From an uncultured Clostridia bacterium (lineage in GTDB: Bacteria; Bacillota; Clostridia; Christensenellales; CAG-314), in NCBI GenBank assembly GCA_947629985.1, contig CANRFV010000007.1, positions 3,439 through 67,438 on the forward strand: DNA of 64,000 nt, given 5' to 3'. The notes under the pieces are model-generated. The model was not told where the DNA came from. It saw only the letters and a program-made list of their open reading frames with translations, and made no database searches. Both the position numbers and the translations under genes were made by a program. Positions within the stretch are counted from its first letter, which is position 1; every line of letters starts with the position of its first letter. Positions 37,332 through 49,237 of the stretch are shown one piece after another.

Positions 37332-38156
37332 ATGGCTATTAAAAAGTATAAACCCACATCGGCAGGACGCCGTTTTATGTCTGTATCGACGTTCGAAGAA
37401 ATAACGACCGACACTCCGGAAAAAAGCCTATTGGCTGTGCGTAAAAAGTCCGGCGGCCGCAACGCAACAGGCAAAATCACCGTTCGCCATATCGGCGGCG
37501 GAAACCGTATCAAGTACAGAATAATCGACTTCAAGCGCGACAAGAGCATACCCGCCAAGGTTGCGACCATCGAATACGACCCCAACCGCACGGCAAATAT
37601 CGCATTGCTGCATTACGCAGACGGCGAAAAGAGATACATTCTTGCTCCCATCGGGCTTAACGTAGGCGACACGGTTGTAGCGTCTCCCGAAGCGGACATC
37701 AAAGTGGGCAACAATCTTCCCTTGGAAAATATTCCCGTAGGTACTATCGTACACAACATCGAGATGAATCCCGGCAAGGGCGGACAAATCGCACGCGCCG
37801 CGGGAATATTCGCTCAACTTATGGCAAAAGAAGGCAAATACGCAACGTTGCGTATGCCCAGCGGCGAAATGAGACTTATTCTGCTCAAATGCCACGCAAC
37901 CATCGGACAGGTAGGCAATCTGGATCACGAAATAGTTGCAATAGGCAAAGCGGGCAAAAAACGCCATATGGGAATTAAACCTACCGTTCGCGGCAGCGTT
38001 ATGAACCCCTGCGACCACCCGCACGGCGGCGGCGAAGGCAAATCGCCCGTAGGCAGACCCGGTCCCGTAACTCCGTGGGGCAAGCCCGCACTCGGTTACA
38101 AGACCAGAAAGAAGAAAAAGGCGTCTGACAAATTTATCGTCAAACGCGTCAACTGA
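37332..38156 (+). CDS. rplB: 50S ribosomal protein L2
   Basis: [21 protein letters not shown]. Confidence 0.98.
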   Translation: MAIKKYKPTSAGRRFMSVSTFEEITTDTPEKSLLAVRKKSGGRNATGKITVRHIGGGNRIKYRIIDFKRDKSIPAKVATIEYDPNRTANIALLHYADGEKRYILAPIGLNVGDTVVASPEADIKVGNNLPLENIPVGTIVHNIEMNPGKGGQIARAAGIFAQLMAKEGKYATLRMPSGEMRLILLKCHATIGQVGNLDHEIVAIGKAGKKRHMGIKPTVRGSVMNPCDHPHGGGEGKSPVGRPGPVTPWGKPALGYKTRKKKKASDKFIVKRVN

Positions 38157-38170
38157 TCGGAGGAAGTACA

Positions 38171-38449
38171 ATGAGTAGATCGATTAAAAAAGGACCTTAT
38201 GTTCAACCCGTATTGCTCAAACGCATACAAGAAATGAACCAAAAAGGCGAAAAGAAAGTTGTAAAAACGTGGTCGAGAAGTTCAACGATCTTTCCCGATT
38301 TCGTAGGACACACAATTGCGGTACACGACGGCAGAAAACACGTTCCCGTTTACATTACGGAAGATATGGTGGGCTTGAAATTGGGCGAATTTGCCCCCAC
38401 CAGAACGTTCAGAGGACACGCGGGCAGTAAGACCAGCGGAGCCAAATAG
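38171..38449 (+). CDS. rpsS: 30S ribosomal protein S19
   Basis: [20 protein letters not shown]. Confidence 0.98.
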   Translation: MSRSIKKGPYVQPVLLKRIQEMNQKGEKKVVKTWSRSSTIFPDFVGHTIAVHDGRKHVPVYITEDMVGLKLGEFAPTRTFRGHAGSKTSGAK

Positions 38450-38460
38450 GAGGATAAAAG

Positions 38461-38847
38461 ATGGCTACAAGAATTAAGGCGAAAGCCGAAATGCGCAAAG
38501 CAAACAGGGACACGCGCCCCAAGGCAATAGCAAAATACATCCGTATATCCCCTTCTAAGGTTCACATCGTATTGGATCTTATTCGCGGCAAGGATTACGC
38601 GCAAGCCGTTGCAATACTCAAAACCACACCCAAAGCCGCTTGCGAGCCGGTACTTAAATGTCTCAACTCGGCTGCGGCAAATGCGGAAGTAAATCTCGGT
38701 ATGAGCAAAGACGAACTTTACGTTGCCGAGTGCTATGCAGACCAAGGTCCGACCCTCAAAAGAATGCAGCCCGTTTCGCGCGGCAGAGGTTACCGTATCT
38801 TGAAGAGAACAAGCCACATAACGGTGGTTTTGGACAAGAGAGCGTAA
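38461..38847 (+). CDS. rplV: 50S ribosomal protein L22
   Basis: [16 protein letters not shown]. Confidence 0.97.
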   Translation: MATRIKAKAEMRKANRDTRPKAIAKYIRISPSKVHIVLDLIRGKDYAQAVAILKTTPKAACEPVLKCLNSAAANAEVNLGMSKDELYVAECYADQGPTLKRMQPVSRGRGYRILKRTSHITVVLDKRA

Positions 38848-38861
38848 GGAGGACAGGATTT

Positions 38862-39530
38862 ATGGGACAAAAAGTTAATCCGCACGGAATGAGAGTAGGC
38901 GTTATTCACGATTGGAATGCCAAGTGGATCGCGGACAAAAAAGATTTTGCCAAATTCATCAAAGAAGACGACAATATCCGCACGTTCTTGAAGAAAAAAT
39001 ACTTTCAAGCCGGCATAAGCAAAATAGTTGTAGAAAGAAGCGAAGGCAAAGTTGTTGTTGATATCCACACCGGACGTCCCGGCGTGCTTATCGGCAAGGC
39101 AGGCGCAGGCGCGGAAGAAATAAAAGCCGAAGTTGCCAAAATGGTAGGCGACAAAGCGGTTACGGTAAACATCATCGAAGTTAAACGTCCCGATATGGAC
39201 GCTCAGTTGGTTGCCGAAGCGATCGCCGCTCAGTTGGAAAAGCGCGTATCGTTCCGCAGAGCAATGCGTCAATGCATGGGCAGAGCGACTCGTTCGGGCG
39301 CAAAGGGAATCAAAACAATGGTTTCCGGACGTCTTGACGGCGCCGAAATCGCCAGAACAGAACAATATCACGAAGGCAGTATTCCCCTGCACACATTAAG
39401 AGCGGATATCGACTACGGTTACGCTACGGCGCTTACCACGTTCGGTATCATCGGCGTAAAGGTGTGGGTATACAAAGGAGAAATACTCCCCAAAAAGAAA
39501 AAGACCGTAAAAAAGGAGGTAACTGAATAA
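38862..39530 (+). CDS. rpsC: 30S ribosomal protein S3
   Basis: MGQKVNPHG start, [10 protein letters not shown]. Confidence 0.98.
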   Translation: MGQKVNPHGMRVGVIHDWNAKWIADKKDFAKFIKEDDNIRTFLKKKYFQAGISKIVVERSEGKVVVDIHTGRPGVLIGKAGAGAEEIKAEVAKMVGDKAVTVNIIEVKRPDMDAQLVAEAIAAQLEKRVSFRRAMRQCMGRATRSGAKGIKTMVSGRLDGAEIARTEQYHEGSIPLHTLRADIDYGYATALTTFGIIGVKVWVYKGEILPKKKKTVKKEVTE

Positions 39531-39964
39531 TGTTAATGCCTAAAAGAGTGAAGAGACGCCGTCAATTCCGCGGAAGAATGAAGGGCGAAGCGCACAAGGG
39601 CAATAAGGTTGCTTACGGCGAATACGGTCTTCAAGCGTTGGAATGCGGTTGGATCACTTCCAATCAGATAGAAGCGGCACGTGTCGCAATGACGCGTTTC
39701 GTAAAGCGTGGCGGTAAAGTATGGGTAGACATCTTCCCCCACAAACCCGTAACAAAAAAACCCGCCGAAACCAGAATGGGTTCCGGTAAAGGTTCGCCCG
39801 AATATTGGGTGGCAGTAGTAAAGCCGGGCAGAGTAATGTTCGAAATGGCAGGCGTCCCCGAGGACGTTGCAAGAGAAGCGCTGCGTCTGGCTAGTCATAA
39901 ATTGCCCGTTAAGTGCAAATTTGTGAAAAAGGTTGAAGAGGTAACGGCAAATGAAAGCAAGTAA
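39530..39964 (+). CDS. rplP: 50S ribosomal protein L16
   Basis: [14 protein letters not shown]. Confidence 0.98.
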   Translation: MLMPKRVKRRRQFRGRMKGEAHKGNKVAYGEYGLQALECGWITSNQIEAARVAMTRFVKRGGKVWVDIFPHKPVTKKPAETRMGSGKGSPEYWVAVVKPGRVMFEMAGVPEDVAREALRLASHKLPVKCKFVKKVEEVTANESK

Positions 39965-40151
39965 TATTCGAGAATTGAGTAATGCGGAATTGGCAGCAAA
40001 ACTTGCCGATTTGAAAAAAGAATTGTTTAACTTGCGTTTGTCTCACGCAACGGGACAACTGACCAACCCTCTTGCTCTCAACAGCGTCAAAAAGGACATT
40101 GCAAGAGTAAAAACGGTGCTCCGTGAAAGAGAGCAAGCCGCCAAGGCGTAA
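39951..40151 (+). CDS. rpmC: 50S ribosomal protein L29
   Basis: LKKELFNLR...KKDIARVKT. Confidence 0.97.
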   Translation: MKASNIRELSNAELAAKLADLKKELFNLRLSHATGQLTNPLALNSVKKDIARVKTVLREREQAAKA

Positions 40152-40166
40152 CGGAGGTAACAAACA

Positions 40167-40421
40167 ATGGAAAGAAATAGCAGAAAAGAAAGAGTCGGCA
40201 TCGTCGTTTCGGACAAGATGGACAAAACGATCGTTGTCGCGGTAGAAAACAGATACAAACACCCCCTTTACAAAAAGACGGTGTCTGCAACCAAAAAATA
40301 CAAAGTTCACGATGAAAACAACGAATGCGGTATCGGCGACACGGTTCGCATTGCGGAAACGAGAAAGTTGTCCAAGGACAAAAATTGGCGTTTGTTGGAA
40401 ATCGTCGAAAAGGCTAAATAA
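40167..40421 (+). CDS. rpsQ: 30S ribosomal protein S17
   Basis: [18 protein letters not shown]. Confidence 0.98.
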   Translation: MERNSRKERVGIVVSDKMDKTIVVAVENRYKHPLYKKTVSATKKYKVHDENNECGIGDTVRIAETRKLSKDKNWRLLEIVEKAK

Positions 40422-40436
40422 CAGGAGGACGGTACA

Positions 40437-40805
40437 GTGATACAACCACAAACAAGACTTAAAGCCGCGGATAACAGCGGTGCAAAAGAACTTATGTGCA
40501 TCAAGGTACTCGGCGGTTCCTTCCGTAAGTTCGGCAATATCGGCGACGTGATCGTTGCCAGCGTAAAGAGCGCCAACCCCGGCGGCGTTGTCAAAAAGGG
40601 CGACGTTGTAAAGGCGGTTATCGTTCGCAGCGCGTCAGGTATCAACAGAAAGGACGGCACGCATATCCGTTTCGACGACAACGCGGCTGTCATTATCGAT
40701 CAGCAAAAGCAACCCAGAGGTACCCGTATCTTTGGGCCGGTAGCAAGAGAACTTCGTGAAAAAGACTACATGAAGATCGTCTCTTTGGCACCCGAAGTGC
40801 TGTAA
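40437..40805 (+). CDS. rplN: 50S ribosomal protein L14
   Basis: [19 protein letters not shown]. Confidence 0.98.
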   Translation: MIQPQTRLKAADNSGAKELMCIKVLGGSFRKFGNIGDVIVASVKSANPGGVVKKGDVVKAVIVRSASGINRKDGTHIRFDDNAAVIIDQQKQPRGTRIFGPVARELREKDYMKIVSLAPEVL

Positions 40806-40820
40806 AAGGAGGACACATAA

Positions 40821-41228
40821 ATGGCAAGTATGAATATACGGTCCGGCGATACGGTCAAAATTCTTGTCGGCGACGTGGAAAACCGCGGCAAACAAGGCAA
40901 AGTTATCGTAGCCGACCCCAAAACGAACAGAGTAATCGTTGAAAACCTCAACCTGGTTACCAAACACAAAAAACCGCGTTCGGCACAGGAGCAGGGCGGC
41001 AAGGTGGAAAGACCTCGCGCAATCGACGTAAGCAATGTTGCGTTGGTGTGTCCCAAATGCGGACAGCCCACTCGCGTGGGACATGTTCTCGGCGACAACG
41101 GCAAATATATCAGATGCTGCAAAAAATGCGGCGCAGTTATAGATACCAAAGCCGAAAAGAAACAAACAAAGGCAGCCAAGGCCAAAACTGCCAAAAAATC
41201 TCAAAAAACAGAAGCCGAAGTTGAATAA
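40821..41228 (+). CDS. rplX: 50S ribosomal protein L24 (Zn motif, Lys/Ala-rich C-tail)
   Basis: [26 protein letters not shown]. Confidence 0.96.
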   Translation: MASMNIRSGDTVKILVGDVENRGKQGKVIVADPKTNRVIVENLNLVTKHKKPRSAQEQGGKVERPRAIDVSNVALVCPKCGQPTRVGHVLGDNGKYIRCCKKCGAVIDTKAEKKQTKAAKAKTAKKSQKTEAEVE

Positions 41229-41239
41229 GGAGGAACAAG

Positions 41240-41818
41240 ATGGCTACAAAGAAATCCGCTGCAACAAGCGAACAACCGATTGAATGCAGATTGAGAACAT
41301 TGTACAAAGAAACGGTAGTTCCTCAACTCATAAAAGAATTCGGTTACAAAAACATTAACGAAGTTCCCCGCCTTGAAAAGATCGTACTCAATGCCGGTCT
41401 CGGCGACGTAAAGGACAACTCCAAGTCGTTCCAATTGGCGGTAGAAGAACTTAAAGCGATCTCCGGACAAAAGCCTTTGGTAACAAACAGCAAACTGTCT
41501 GTTGCAAACTTCAAAGTAAGAAAGGGCATGGCTGTCGGAGCAAAGGTAACTCTTCGCGGCGAGCGTATGTATTCGTTTTTCGACAAACTTATCAGTATCG
41601 CTCTTCCCCGAGTACGCGACTTCCACGGTGTAAGCACCAATCTGGACGGACGCGGCAACTACACGCTGGGTATTCGCGAGCAACTTATTTTCCCCGAAAT
41701 CGTTTACGACCAGGTGGAAAAGACAAGAGGTTTCGACGTAACGTTTGTAACAACCGCCAAGTCGGATGCGGAAGGTAAAGCATTGCTCAAATATTTGGGA
41801 ATGCCTTTCAGAGCGTAG
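41240..41818 (+). CDS. rplE: 50S ribosomal protein L5
   Basis: [17 protein letters not shown]. Confidence 0.98.
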   Translation: MATKKSAATSEQPIECRLRTLYKETVVPQLIKEFGYKNINEVPRLEKIVLNAGLGDVKDNSKSFQLAVEELKAISGQKPLVTNSKLSVANFKVRKGMAVGAKVTLRGERMYSFFDKLISIALPRVRDFHGVSTNLDGRGNYTLGIREQLIFPEIVYDQVEKTRGFDVTFVTTAKSDAEGKALLKYLGMPFRA

Positions 41819-41833
41819 TAAAGAGGTAATATT

Positions 41834-42019
41834 ATGGCAAAAAAAGCAATGATAAATAAACAACAAAGAACGCCCAAGTATTCCACTCGCGGATACACGC
41901 GTTGTTCGATCTGCGGCCGTCCGCACGCAGTGCTTAGAAAGTACGGTATTTGCAGAATTTGTTTCAGAGAAAAGGCGTACAAGGGAGAAATCCCCGGCGT
42001 TAAAAAAGCAAGTTGGTAA
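41834..42019 (+). CDS. rpsN: 30S ribosomal protein S14 type Z
   Basis: 61 aa, CSICGR...CRICFR. Confidence 0.98.
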   Translation: MAKKAMINKQQRTPKYSTRGYTRCSICGRPHAVLRKYGICRICFREKAYKGEIPGVKKASW

Positions 42020-42036
42020 AATGGAGGTAAATACAA

Positions 42037-42435
42037 ATGGTTGTTACAGATCCTATTGCTGATATGTTGACTCGTATCAGAAACGCTATCACCGCCAAAC
42101 ACGCCGACGTAGAGATCCCCGCTTCCAAGACGAAAAAAGCCATTGTGGATATATTGCTCGAAGAAGGCTATATCGCAGGCTATGAAGTTGTGGAAAAGGA
42201 ATTGCAAAATTCTCTTAAAATAACGTTGAAGTACGGCTACAAAGGCGAAAGAGTCATTACAGGTTTGAAACGCATTTCCAAGCCCGGTTTGAGAGTATAT
42301 GCCAAGAGCGAAGATTTGCCCAAGGTTCTCAACGGATTGGGAATTGCAATCGTGTCCACAAGCAAGGGCATTATGACAGACAAAAACGCTCGCAGTCAAA
42401 ATTTGGGCGGCGAAGTGCTTGCGTACGTGTGGTAA
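42037..42435 (+). CDS. rpsH: 30S ribosomal protein S8
   Basis: [13 protein letters not shown]. Confidence 0.98.
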   Translation: MVVTDPIADMLTRIRNAITAKHADVEIPASKTKKAIVDILLEEGYIAGYEVVEKELQNSLKITLKYGYKGERVITGLKRISKPGLRVYAKSEDLPKVLNGLGIAIVSTSKGIMTDKNARSQNLGGEVLAYVW

Positions 42436-42446
42436 GGAGGTAGGAA

Positions 42447-42989
42447 ATGTCAAGAATCGGTAAAAAACCTATCGCCATACCCGCAGGCGTAACGGTAAAC
42501 TTCAATGACGGCGTAATTACCGTCAAGGGTCCCAAAGGCACACTCAGCCGTTCGATAGATTCCTGCATAACGGTGGAAATCGACGGCGCGGTAATCAATC
42601 TGTCCTGCCCGCACGACGCGGAAAGAGACGTTCAGGCTAAACACGGCCTTTACAGAGCGTTGATCGCCAATATGGTAAAGGGCGTATCCGAAGGTTTTTC
42701 GCGTAATCTCGTCATTAACGGCGTAGGTTACAAAGCCGCCGTTCAGGGCGACAAACTCGTACTTAACATCGGATATTCGCATCCCATCGAAGTGGTTGCT
42801 CCGCAAGGCATCAAGTTCGATTGCCCCACAGCCACCGATATAGTGGTTTCGGGCTTCGACAAGGAACTTGTCGGTCAAACCGCGGCAAACATCAAGGCTA
42901 AACGTCCTGTCGAGCCTTACCACGCTTACGGCGTCCGCTACAAGGAAGAGACCGTAACGTTGAAAGAAGGCAAGAAAGCAGGCAAGTAA
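42447..42989 (+). CDS. rplF: 50S ribosomal protein L6
   Basis: MSRIGKKPI, GVGYKA. Confidence 0.98.
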   Translation: MSRIGKKPIAIPAGVTVNFNDGVITVKGPKGTLSRSIDSCITVEIDGAVINLSCPHDAERDVQAKHGLYRALIANMVKGVSEGFSRNLVINGVGYKAAVQGDKLVLNIGYSHPIEVVAPQGIKFDCPTATDIVVSGFDKELVGQTAANIKAKRPVEPYHAYGVRYKEETVTLKEGKKAGK

Positions 42990-43001
42990 GGAGTGTAGAA
43001 T

Positions 43002-43364
43002 ATGATAAAGAAATTAAACAAAAATGCAGACAGAAAAATCCGTCATGCAAGAGTAAGAAAAAAGGTATTCGGCACGGTTGTTAAACCCCGTTTGTGCGTG
43101 TACCGTTCAACAAGCAATATCTACGCTCAGGTAATAGACGACGTAAACGGCAAAACGCTGTGTTCATCCAACACGCTTACCATTTCCGCTCAGGTGGCTG
43201 GCAAATCCAAAACGGAAGCCGCCAAGTTGGTAGGTAAAGACATTGCAGGCAAAGCGCTTAAACTCGGCTTGACCGAAGTGGTGTTCGACCGCGGCGGTTA
43301 CATCTATACGGGCAGAGTTGCCGCTTTGGCAGACGGCGCAAGAGAAGCCGGACTTAAATTCTAA
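43002..43364 (+). CDS. rplR: 50S ribosomal protein L18
   Basis: [16 protein letters not shown]. Confidence 0.98.
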   Translation: MIKKLNKNADRKIRHARVRKKVFGTVVKPRLCVYRSTSNIYAQVIDDVNGKTLCSSNTLTISAQVAGKSKTEAAKLVGKDIAGKALKLGLTEVVFDRGGYIYTGRVAALADGAREAGLKF

Positions 43365-43378
43365 TCGGAGGCAAGATA

Positions 43379-43999
43379 ATGGAAAACGAACAAGTTGAAG
43401 TTGTTGCAACCGAGGTTGCAGCCGAAACCGCTCCCCAACAGGAGCAACCCAAACGTAACTTCCGCGACGCTCGCCCCGACAGAAAAGGCGGCAGACGCAA
43501 CAATCGCGAAAGAGAAAACAGAGAAGACGACGGTCTTATCAAAAAAACCGTGGCTATCAACCGTGTAACAAAGGTTGTTAAGGGCGGACGTACAATGCGT
43601 TTTTCGGCGCTGTGCGTAGTCGGCGACGGCAAAGGCTCGGTCGGTATCGGTATGGCTAAGGCGGCGGAAGTTCCCCAAGCCATCGAAAAGGCCAATTTGA
43701 GAGCGAAAAAAGCAATGGTACAAATTGCTTTGGTAGATACTACTATTCCCCACGAAACGATCGGTAAGTTCGGCAAGGGTCATGTATTGATGATGCCTGC
43801 TCAACCCGGTACCGGCGTTATTGCGGGCGGTCCCGTTCGTAACGTACTCGAAGCGGTGGGCATCAAGGATATCCGTACCAAATCGTACGGTTCCAACAAC
43901 CCCGTAAACTGCGTAAAAGCAACGTTTAACGGTCTTGTGGGACTTCGTTCTCGCGAACATATCGCCGCATTGCGCGGAAAGAGCGTTGAGGAAATTTAA
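43379..43999 (+). CDS. rpsE: 30S ribosomal protein S5
   Basis: [19 protein letters not shown]. Confidence 0.98.
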   Translation: MENEQVEVVATEVAAETAPQQEQPKRNFRDARPDRKGGRRNNRERENREDDGLIKKTVAINRVTKVVKGGRTMRFSALCVVGDGKGSVGIGMAKAAEVPQAIEKANLRAKKAMVQIALVDTTIPHETIGKFGKGHVLMMPAQPGTGVIAGGPVRNVLEAVGIKDIRTKSYGSNNPVNCVKATFNGLVGLRSREHIAALRGKSVEEI

Positions 44000-44010
44000 G
44001 GAGGCGCACC

Positions 44011-44388
44011 ATGGCAGAAAAGAAAGAACAAGTTGCAGTGGAAGTTGCGGAAGAAGTAAGCGCTGCTCCCGCCAAAAAGCCCGCTGCTAAAAAAGCATCC
44101 AAGAAAAATGCTACCAAGCAACCTCTTTACATCAACGGCAGATACGTTGCGGAAAAGCAACTTCCCGCCAAACCCGCCAAGGGTGCAAAACCCTATCCTG
44201 CGGCAAAGGGAAAAGTTAAGGTAACGTTGGTCAAGAGCACGGCAGGTTGTCTTGCGGATCAACAGGCAACGGTAAGGGCGCTGGGTTTGACAAAAATACG
44301 CACCAGCAACGTTTTGCCCGACAACGAAGCGATCCGCGGAATGATCTTCAAGGTAAAACACCTTGTTGTCGTGGAAGAAGTAAAGTAG
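44011..44388 (+). CDS. rpmD: 50S ribosomal protein L30 with ~65-aa N-terminal extension
   Basis: Core KVTLVKS...TVRALGL...IRGMIFKVKHLV; AAGGAGG RBS at the long start. Confidence 0.93.
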   Translation: MAEKKEQVAVEVAEEVSAAPAKKPAAKKASKKNATKQPLYINGRYVAEKQLPAKPAKGAKPYPAAKGKVKVTLVKSTAGCLADQQATVRALGLTKIRTSNVLPDNEAIRGMIFKVKHLVVVEEVK

Positions 44389-44397
44389 GAGGCTAAT

Positions 44398-44841
44398 ATG
44401 AGAATACATACAATTCAGCCCGCCGTCGGAGCAACCACTTCCGAAAAGAGATTGGGCAGAGGCGTAGGCAGCGGTCTCGGTAAGACTGCCGGCAAGGGCC
44501 ACAAGGGTCAATGGGCGCGTAGCGGCGGCGGAGTTCGCCCCGGTTTCGAAGGCGGACAAACCCCCATTGCAAGACGTTTGCCCAAACGTGGTTTCAACAA
44601 CAAATTCCGTATCGATTACGATATAGTAAATGTAGACGCATTAAATGTGTTTGAAGAAGGTACTGTGGTAACTCCGCAACTTCTTGCCGAACACCGTCTC
44701 GTCAGTTGCAAAGCCAACGGCGGCGTAAAAGTTCTCGGCAACGGACACTTGACCAAAAAACTTACTGTTCAGGCAGATAAGTTCTCCGCTTCTGCAAAGG
44801 CAGCGATCGAAGCGGCAGGCGGAGTGGCAGAGGTACTTTAA
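44398..44841 (+). CDS. rplO: 50S ribosomal protein L15
   Basis: [16 protein letters not shown]. Confidence 0.98.
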   Translation: MRIHTIQPAVGATTSEKRLGRGVGSGLGKTAGKGHKGQWARSGGGVRPGFEGGQTPIARRLPKRGFNNKFRIDYDIVNVDALNVFEEGTVVTPQLLAEHRLVSCKANGGVKVLGNGHLTKKLTVQADKFSASAKAAIEAAGGVAEVL

Positions 44842-44843
44842 TA

Positions 44844-46226
44844 ATGTTTGAAACCATCAGAAATGCCTTTAAGATAAAGGACGTACGTAAAAAAATCTTT
44901 ATGACAATCCTGTTTATCATTATATTCAGACTGGGTTGTTATATCACAATTCCCGGGCTGCGGGATATCAGTTCCACCATTGCGGCGGAACAGTCCGGCG
45001 GAATGGACATTTTCGGACTGTTGGACTCTATTACAGGTAGCGCGCTAAGTCAGGGTACTCTCTTTTCTCTCGGCATTTCCCCGTACATCAACGCGTCCAT
45101 TATCGTGCAGTTGTTGACGGTGGCCATTCCCGCACTCGAAAGAATGTCTAAGGAAGGCGACGAAGGTAGAGAAAAAATAAACAAAATTACCCGTTGGGCA
45201 ACACTTGTGCTGGCAATCGTAAGCGCGATAGGTATATTCCTTACGCTGAAAAACAACTACACGGATTACGTCAATGTCAATTGGCTTGGCGCACAATACG
45301 CGTCGTTCTTCGGTAGCACAGCCGGTCAGTGGATAATGGGTATTTACGTAGTTTTGGTACTTGTAGGCGGCAGCATGCTGTGCATGTGGATAGGCGAACG
45401 CATTACCGAATACGGCGTTTCCAACGGTATTTCGCTGTTGATTTTCGTCGGTATCGTAGCCACTGCGGCACAACAGTTTGCAAGCACGCTCAGCAACGGT
45501 CAATGGGTGGAAGCGCTTATATTCGTTGTTGAACTGATATTGATATTCGGCTTTATCGTATGGGTAGACGGAGCCGAAAGAAAAATCAAGGTTCAGTACG
45601 CCAAGCAAGTAAAGGGCAACAAAATGTACGGCGGACAATCGACGTTTATCCCCATCAAAGTAAACGCGTCCGGCGTTATGCCGTTGATCTTCGCTTACGC
45701 GCTGATGAGTTTCCCCTCGATGTTGATACAAACATTCTGGGGCGACAGCAATTTTGCCAATTGGTGGAACACCTATATGACTGCCACTAACGGGCACGTT
45801 GTAGGTACAATAGTGTACAATGTGTTGTTGGCAGTATTCATCTTTATATTTGCCTACTTCTACTCGACAATACAGTTCAATCCCGTCGAAATTTCGCGTA
45901 ACATTCAAAATAACGGCGGCTTTGTAACAGGTATACGACCGGGCAGAGAAACGGCGGAATACCTTGACAAAGTGGTAAAACGTATCACTTTGTGGGGCGC
46001 AATCTTCCTTGCGATCATCGCGTTCGTTCCGTCCATTCTGTTCTCCGCGTTCGGTTGGCTGGGAGTAACAAGCACTGCGTCAAGATTGATTAGCAGTTTC
46101 AGCGCAACGGGTATGTTGATTTGCGTATCGGTAGCGTTGGAATTCAACAAAGCGTTGGAAAATCAAATTTTGATGCGCCATTACAAAGGTTTGTTGGGAT
46201 CCAACTCCAAAGGATTTTTGAAATAG
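44844..46226 (+). CDS. secY: Preprotein translocase subunit SecY
   Basis: LGISPYINASII, NGISLLIF, GIRPG. Confidence 0.98.
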   Translation: MFETIRNAFKIKDVRKKIFMTILFIIIFRLGCYITIPGLRDISSTIAAEQSGGMDIFGLLDSITGSALSQGTLFSLGISPYINASIIVQLLTVAIPALERMSKEGDEGREKINKITRWATLVLAIVSAIGIFLTLKNNYTDYVNVNWLGAQYASFFGSTAGQWIMGIYVVLVLVGGSMLCMWIGERITEYGVSNGISLLIFVGIVATAAQQFASTLSNGQWVEALIFVVELILIFGFIVWVDGAERKIKVQYAKQVKGNKMYGGQSTFIPIKVNASGVMPLIFAYALMSFPSMLIQTFWGDSNFANWWNTYMTATNGHVVGTIVYNVLLAVFIFIFAYFYSTIQFNPVEISRNIQNNGGFVTGIRPGRETAEYLDKVVKRITLWGAIFLAIIAFVPSILFSAFGWLGVTSTASRLISSFSATGMLICVSVALEFNKALENQILMRHYKGLLGSNSKGFLK

Positions 46227-46227
46227 T

Positions 46228-46851
46228 ATGAACATAATTCTTTTGGGCGCGCCGGGCAGCGGCAAAGGCACCATGGCGCAAAAACTCACAAACGAATTGC
46301 ATATTCCGCAAATATCGACAGGCGACATCTTCCGCAAAAACTTAAAGGAAGAAACGCCGCTCGGTTTGCAGATAAAGGACATTGTGGCAAGCGGCGGGCT
46401 TGTTCCCGACAGTATCACGATCGAAATTGTCAAAAACAGGCTTGCCGAAAACGACTGCGCAAACGGATATATTCTGGACGGTTTTCCGCGTTCCATCGCG
46501 CAAGCGGAAGCGTTGGATACTTTTCAGAATATAGACTGCGCGATCAATCTCGATGTGGACAAGGAAACGGTGGTAAGACGTTTGTCGGGCAGAAGATTTT
46601 GCCCCGATTGCAACGGAACATTCCACGTTTCGACGTTGCAAAACACCGAAGTGTGCCCCGTTTGCGGCGGCAAACTTATCGTTCGTCCGGACGACTCCGA
46701 AGCGACGGTGCGCGAACGTCTTAAAGTTTACGAAAATACGACATTGCCGCTTATCGAGTATTATTCGCACAGGCACAAGTTGGTTACGGTAGACGGCAAC
46801 GGATCCGTCGAAACAGTGTATCGCCGCATACTGAGCGTGCTTAACAAATGA
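46228..46851 (+). CDS. adk: Adenylate kinase (Zn lid)
   Basis: GAPGSGKGT, LDGFPR. Confidence 0.97.
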   Translation: MNIILLGAPGSGKGTMAQKLTNELHIPQISTGDIFRKNLKEETPLGLQIKDIVASGGLVPDSITIEIVKNRLAENDCANGYILDGFPRSIAQAEALDTFQNIDCAINLDVDKETVVRRLSGRRFCPDCNGTFHVSTLQNTEVCPVCGGKLIVRPDDSEATVRERLKVYENTTLPLIEYYSHRHKLVTVDGNGSVETVYRRILSVLNK

Positions 46852-47597
46852 TTTCGGTAAAAACACCTGCTCAAATCGCGCTTATGCGCAAGGCAAATCA
46901 AATTGTGCGTGATACGCTCAACTTGTTGCGCGAGCATACAAAACCGGGCGTATCCACGTACGAATTGAACAAATTGGCGCACGAATATATCCTTTCACAA
47001 GGCGCTGTACCGAGTTTTTTGAATTACAACGGCTTTCCCGCAAGTATATGCGTGTCGGTGGACAGCGAAGTGGTCCACGGCATACCCTCCCGCAAAAAGG
47101 TTTTGCACGAGGGGCAAATCGTAAGTTACGATTGCGGCGCAATATACAAAGGTTGGCACGGCGACGCCGCGCGGACTGTGGGCGTGGGATACATTTCGCC
47201 CGAATGTCAGCAACTTATCGACGTTACCGAACAATGCTTTTTTAAGGGCGTCAATTCCATCAAGGCGGGCGTAACCCGCTTGGGCGACTTGGGGCACGTA
47301 ATACAAAGTTATGCCGAAAGTTTCGGCTACGGGGTCGTACGCGAGTTGGTAGGGCACGGTATCGGGCGCAATATGCACGAAGATCCGGAAGTTCCCAATT
47401 TCGGAATACCCGGGCACGGTATGAGATTGTCCGCGGGAATGACGATAGCGGTGGAACCTATGATAACAATGGGGACCGAGCGCGTGGATTGGATGGACGA
47501 TGGTTGGACTGTCAAAACGCGCGATCGCAAACCTGCCGCTCATTACGAAAACACGATTGCTATTTCGGACGACGGAATAGAGATACTCAGTTTGTAG
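46848..47597 (+). CDS. map: Methionine aminopeptidase type I
   Basis: VVHGIP, GHGIG, HEDP, AHYENT. Confidence 0.97.
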   Translation: MISVKTPAQIALMRKANQIVRDTLNLLREHTKPGVSTYELNKLAHEYILSQGAVPSFLNYNGFPASICVSVDSEVVHGIPSRKKVLHEGQIVSYDCGAIYKGWHGDAARTVGVGYISPECQQLIDVTEQCFFKGVNSIKAGVTRLGDLGHVIQSYAESFGYGVVRELVGHGIGRNMHEDPEVPNFGIPGHGMRLSAGMTIAVEPMITMGTERVDWMDDGWTVKTRDRKPAAHYENTIAISDDGIEILSL

Positions 47598-47604
47598 GTG
47601 TACA

Positions 47605-47898
47605 ATGAACAGCAATATTGCAATAGGCAGCGTGGTGCTGTCCACGCAAGGGCGCGACAAGGGAATGTACTTTGTTGTAACGGCGGTTGACGACGGGCAG
47701 GTTTATCTTGCCGACGGCGGTATGCGTAAACTAAGCAATCCCAAAAAGAAAAACGTCAAGCATGTATCGGATAGCGGAACCGTGTTGGAATCCATTGCCA
47801 ACAAACTTGTTTCGGGCAAAAAAGTGTTCGACAGTGAAGTAAAAAGCGCACTGCGGCAATTCAATCAGCAAATAAAACAGGAGAAACCAAATGTCTAA
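47605..47898 (+). CDS. KOW-domain RNA-binding protein (L14e-like)
   Basis: [28 protein letters not shown]; conserved position between map and infA. Confidence 0.9.
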   Translation: MNSNIAIGSVVLSTQGRDKGMYFVVTAVDDGQVYLADGGMRKLSNPKKKNVKHVSDSGTVLESIANKLVSGKKVFDSEVKSALRQFNQQIKQEKPNV

Positions 47899-48118
47899 AG
47901 ACGATGTAATCGAGGTGGAAGGCGTAGTTGTCGAAGCGTTGCGCAATGCGGAATTTCGCGTAAGACTTACCAACAACCATGAAATTACAGCCTACGTATC
48001 GGGAAAACTTCGCATACACTCTATACGAATTTTGCCCGGCGATGCCGTCAAATTGGAAATGAGCCCCTACGACCTTACAAAGGGACGCATAGTTTGGCGC
48101 ACAAAAGGCGTGCAATAA
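47891..48118 (+). CDS. infA: Translation initiation factor IF-1
   Basis: [21 protein letters not shown]. Confidence 0.98.
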   Translation: MSKDDVIEVEGVVVEALRNAEFRVRLTNNHEITAYVSGKLRIHSIRILPGDAVKLEMSPYDLTKGRIVWRTKGVQ

Positions 48119-48168
48119 CACAAAATTACAGTTACACGGCGCAGCAAGCCTGTATTAAGGAGGATAAA

Positions 48169-48285
48169 ATGAAAGTAAAACCGTCTGTAAAACCGATGTG
48201 CGACAAGTGCAAGGTTATCAAACGTAACGGCAAAGTTATGGTTATTTGTTCCAAATATCCCAAACACAAGCAAAGACAAGGCTAA
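48169..48285 (+). CDS. rpmJ: 50S ribosomal protein L36
   Basis: [14 protein letters not shown]...HKQRQG after AAGGAGG. Confidence 0.97.
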   Translation: MKVKPSVKPMCDKCKVIKRNGKVMVICSKYPKHKQRQG

Positions 48286-48432
48286 TAAATTAAGTTCGCC
48301 CCAATGCGGGCGCCAACTTAGGATTCAATCGCGTACAACGGCCAAGCGACATCATTCCACTTAGGCTCGCCGCCTTTGGCGCGTAAATATACAATTACAA
48401 AAACGTATTAAAAATCAAGGAGAAAAAATCAA

Positions 48433-48810
48433 ATGGCTCGTATTTCCGGTGTAGATTTACCCAGAGAAAAACGTATTGAAATCGGCTTGACCTACATTTA
48501 CGGAATAGGACGCACCACGGCAAAAAAGATCCTTGCCGAAACGGGCGTCAATCCCGATACGCGCGTAAAAGATCTTACAGAGGACGACGTATCGAAGATC
48601 CGTGATTGTATAGAAAAGAATATTCACGTAGAAGGCGACCTTCGCCGTGAAGTTTCTATGAATATCAAAAGACAAATAGAAATCGGCTCATACCGTGGTA
48701 TTCGTCATCGTAAGGGGCTTCCCGTACGCGGACAATCCACCAAGCAAAACGCTCGCACGCGCAAGGGACCCAAGCGTACCGTATCGCGCGGCAAAAAAGC
48801 GGCTAAATAG
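48433..48810 (+). CDS. rpsM: 30S ribosomal protein S13
   Basis: [17 protein letters not shown]. Confidence 0.98.
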   Translation: MARISGVDLPREKRIEIGLTYIYGIGRTTAKKILAETGVNPDTRVKDLTEDDVSKIRDCIEKNIHVEGDLRREVSMNIKRQIEIGSYRGIRHRKGLPVRGQSTKQNARTRKGPKRTVSRGKKAAK

Positions 48811-48826
48811 GGGAGGACAGTAGATA

Positions 48827-49219
48827 ATGGCAGGTAAAAAAGTTGTCAAAAAAAGACGCGACATAAGAAAAGTTGACAAAGGACAAGTTCATATCCACGC
48901 TTCCTTCAACAACACAATAGTAACGTTTACGGACCTTAACGGCAATGCGCTTACGCAGTGCAGTTCGGGTGCGTTGGGTTTCCGCGGTTCGCGTAAAAGC
49001 ACCGCTTTCGCAGCGCAGCAAGCGGCGGAAACAGCAGCCAAGGCAGCAAAAGACTCTTACGGAATCCGTTCGGTAGAAGTGTACGTCAAAGGTCCCGGTC
49101 AAGGACGCGAATCGGCTATTCGCGCATTGCAAACAGCCGAAATCGAAGTTACGCTTATCCGCGACGTATCGCCCATTGCACACAACGGATGCCGTCCGCC
49201 CAAGCGCAGAAGAGTATAG
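48827..49219 (+). CDS. rpsK: 30S ribosomal protein S11
   Basis: [19 protein letters not shown]. Confidence 0.98.
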   Translation: MAGKKVVKKRRDIRKVDKGQVHIHASFNNTIVTFTDLNGNALTQCSSGALGFRGSRKSTAFAAQQAAETAAKAAKDSYGIRSVEVYVKGPGQGRESAIRALQTAEIEVTLIRDVSPIAHNGCRPPKRRRV

Positions 49220-49237
49220 TAAAGGAGATAATAAGAT

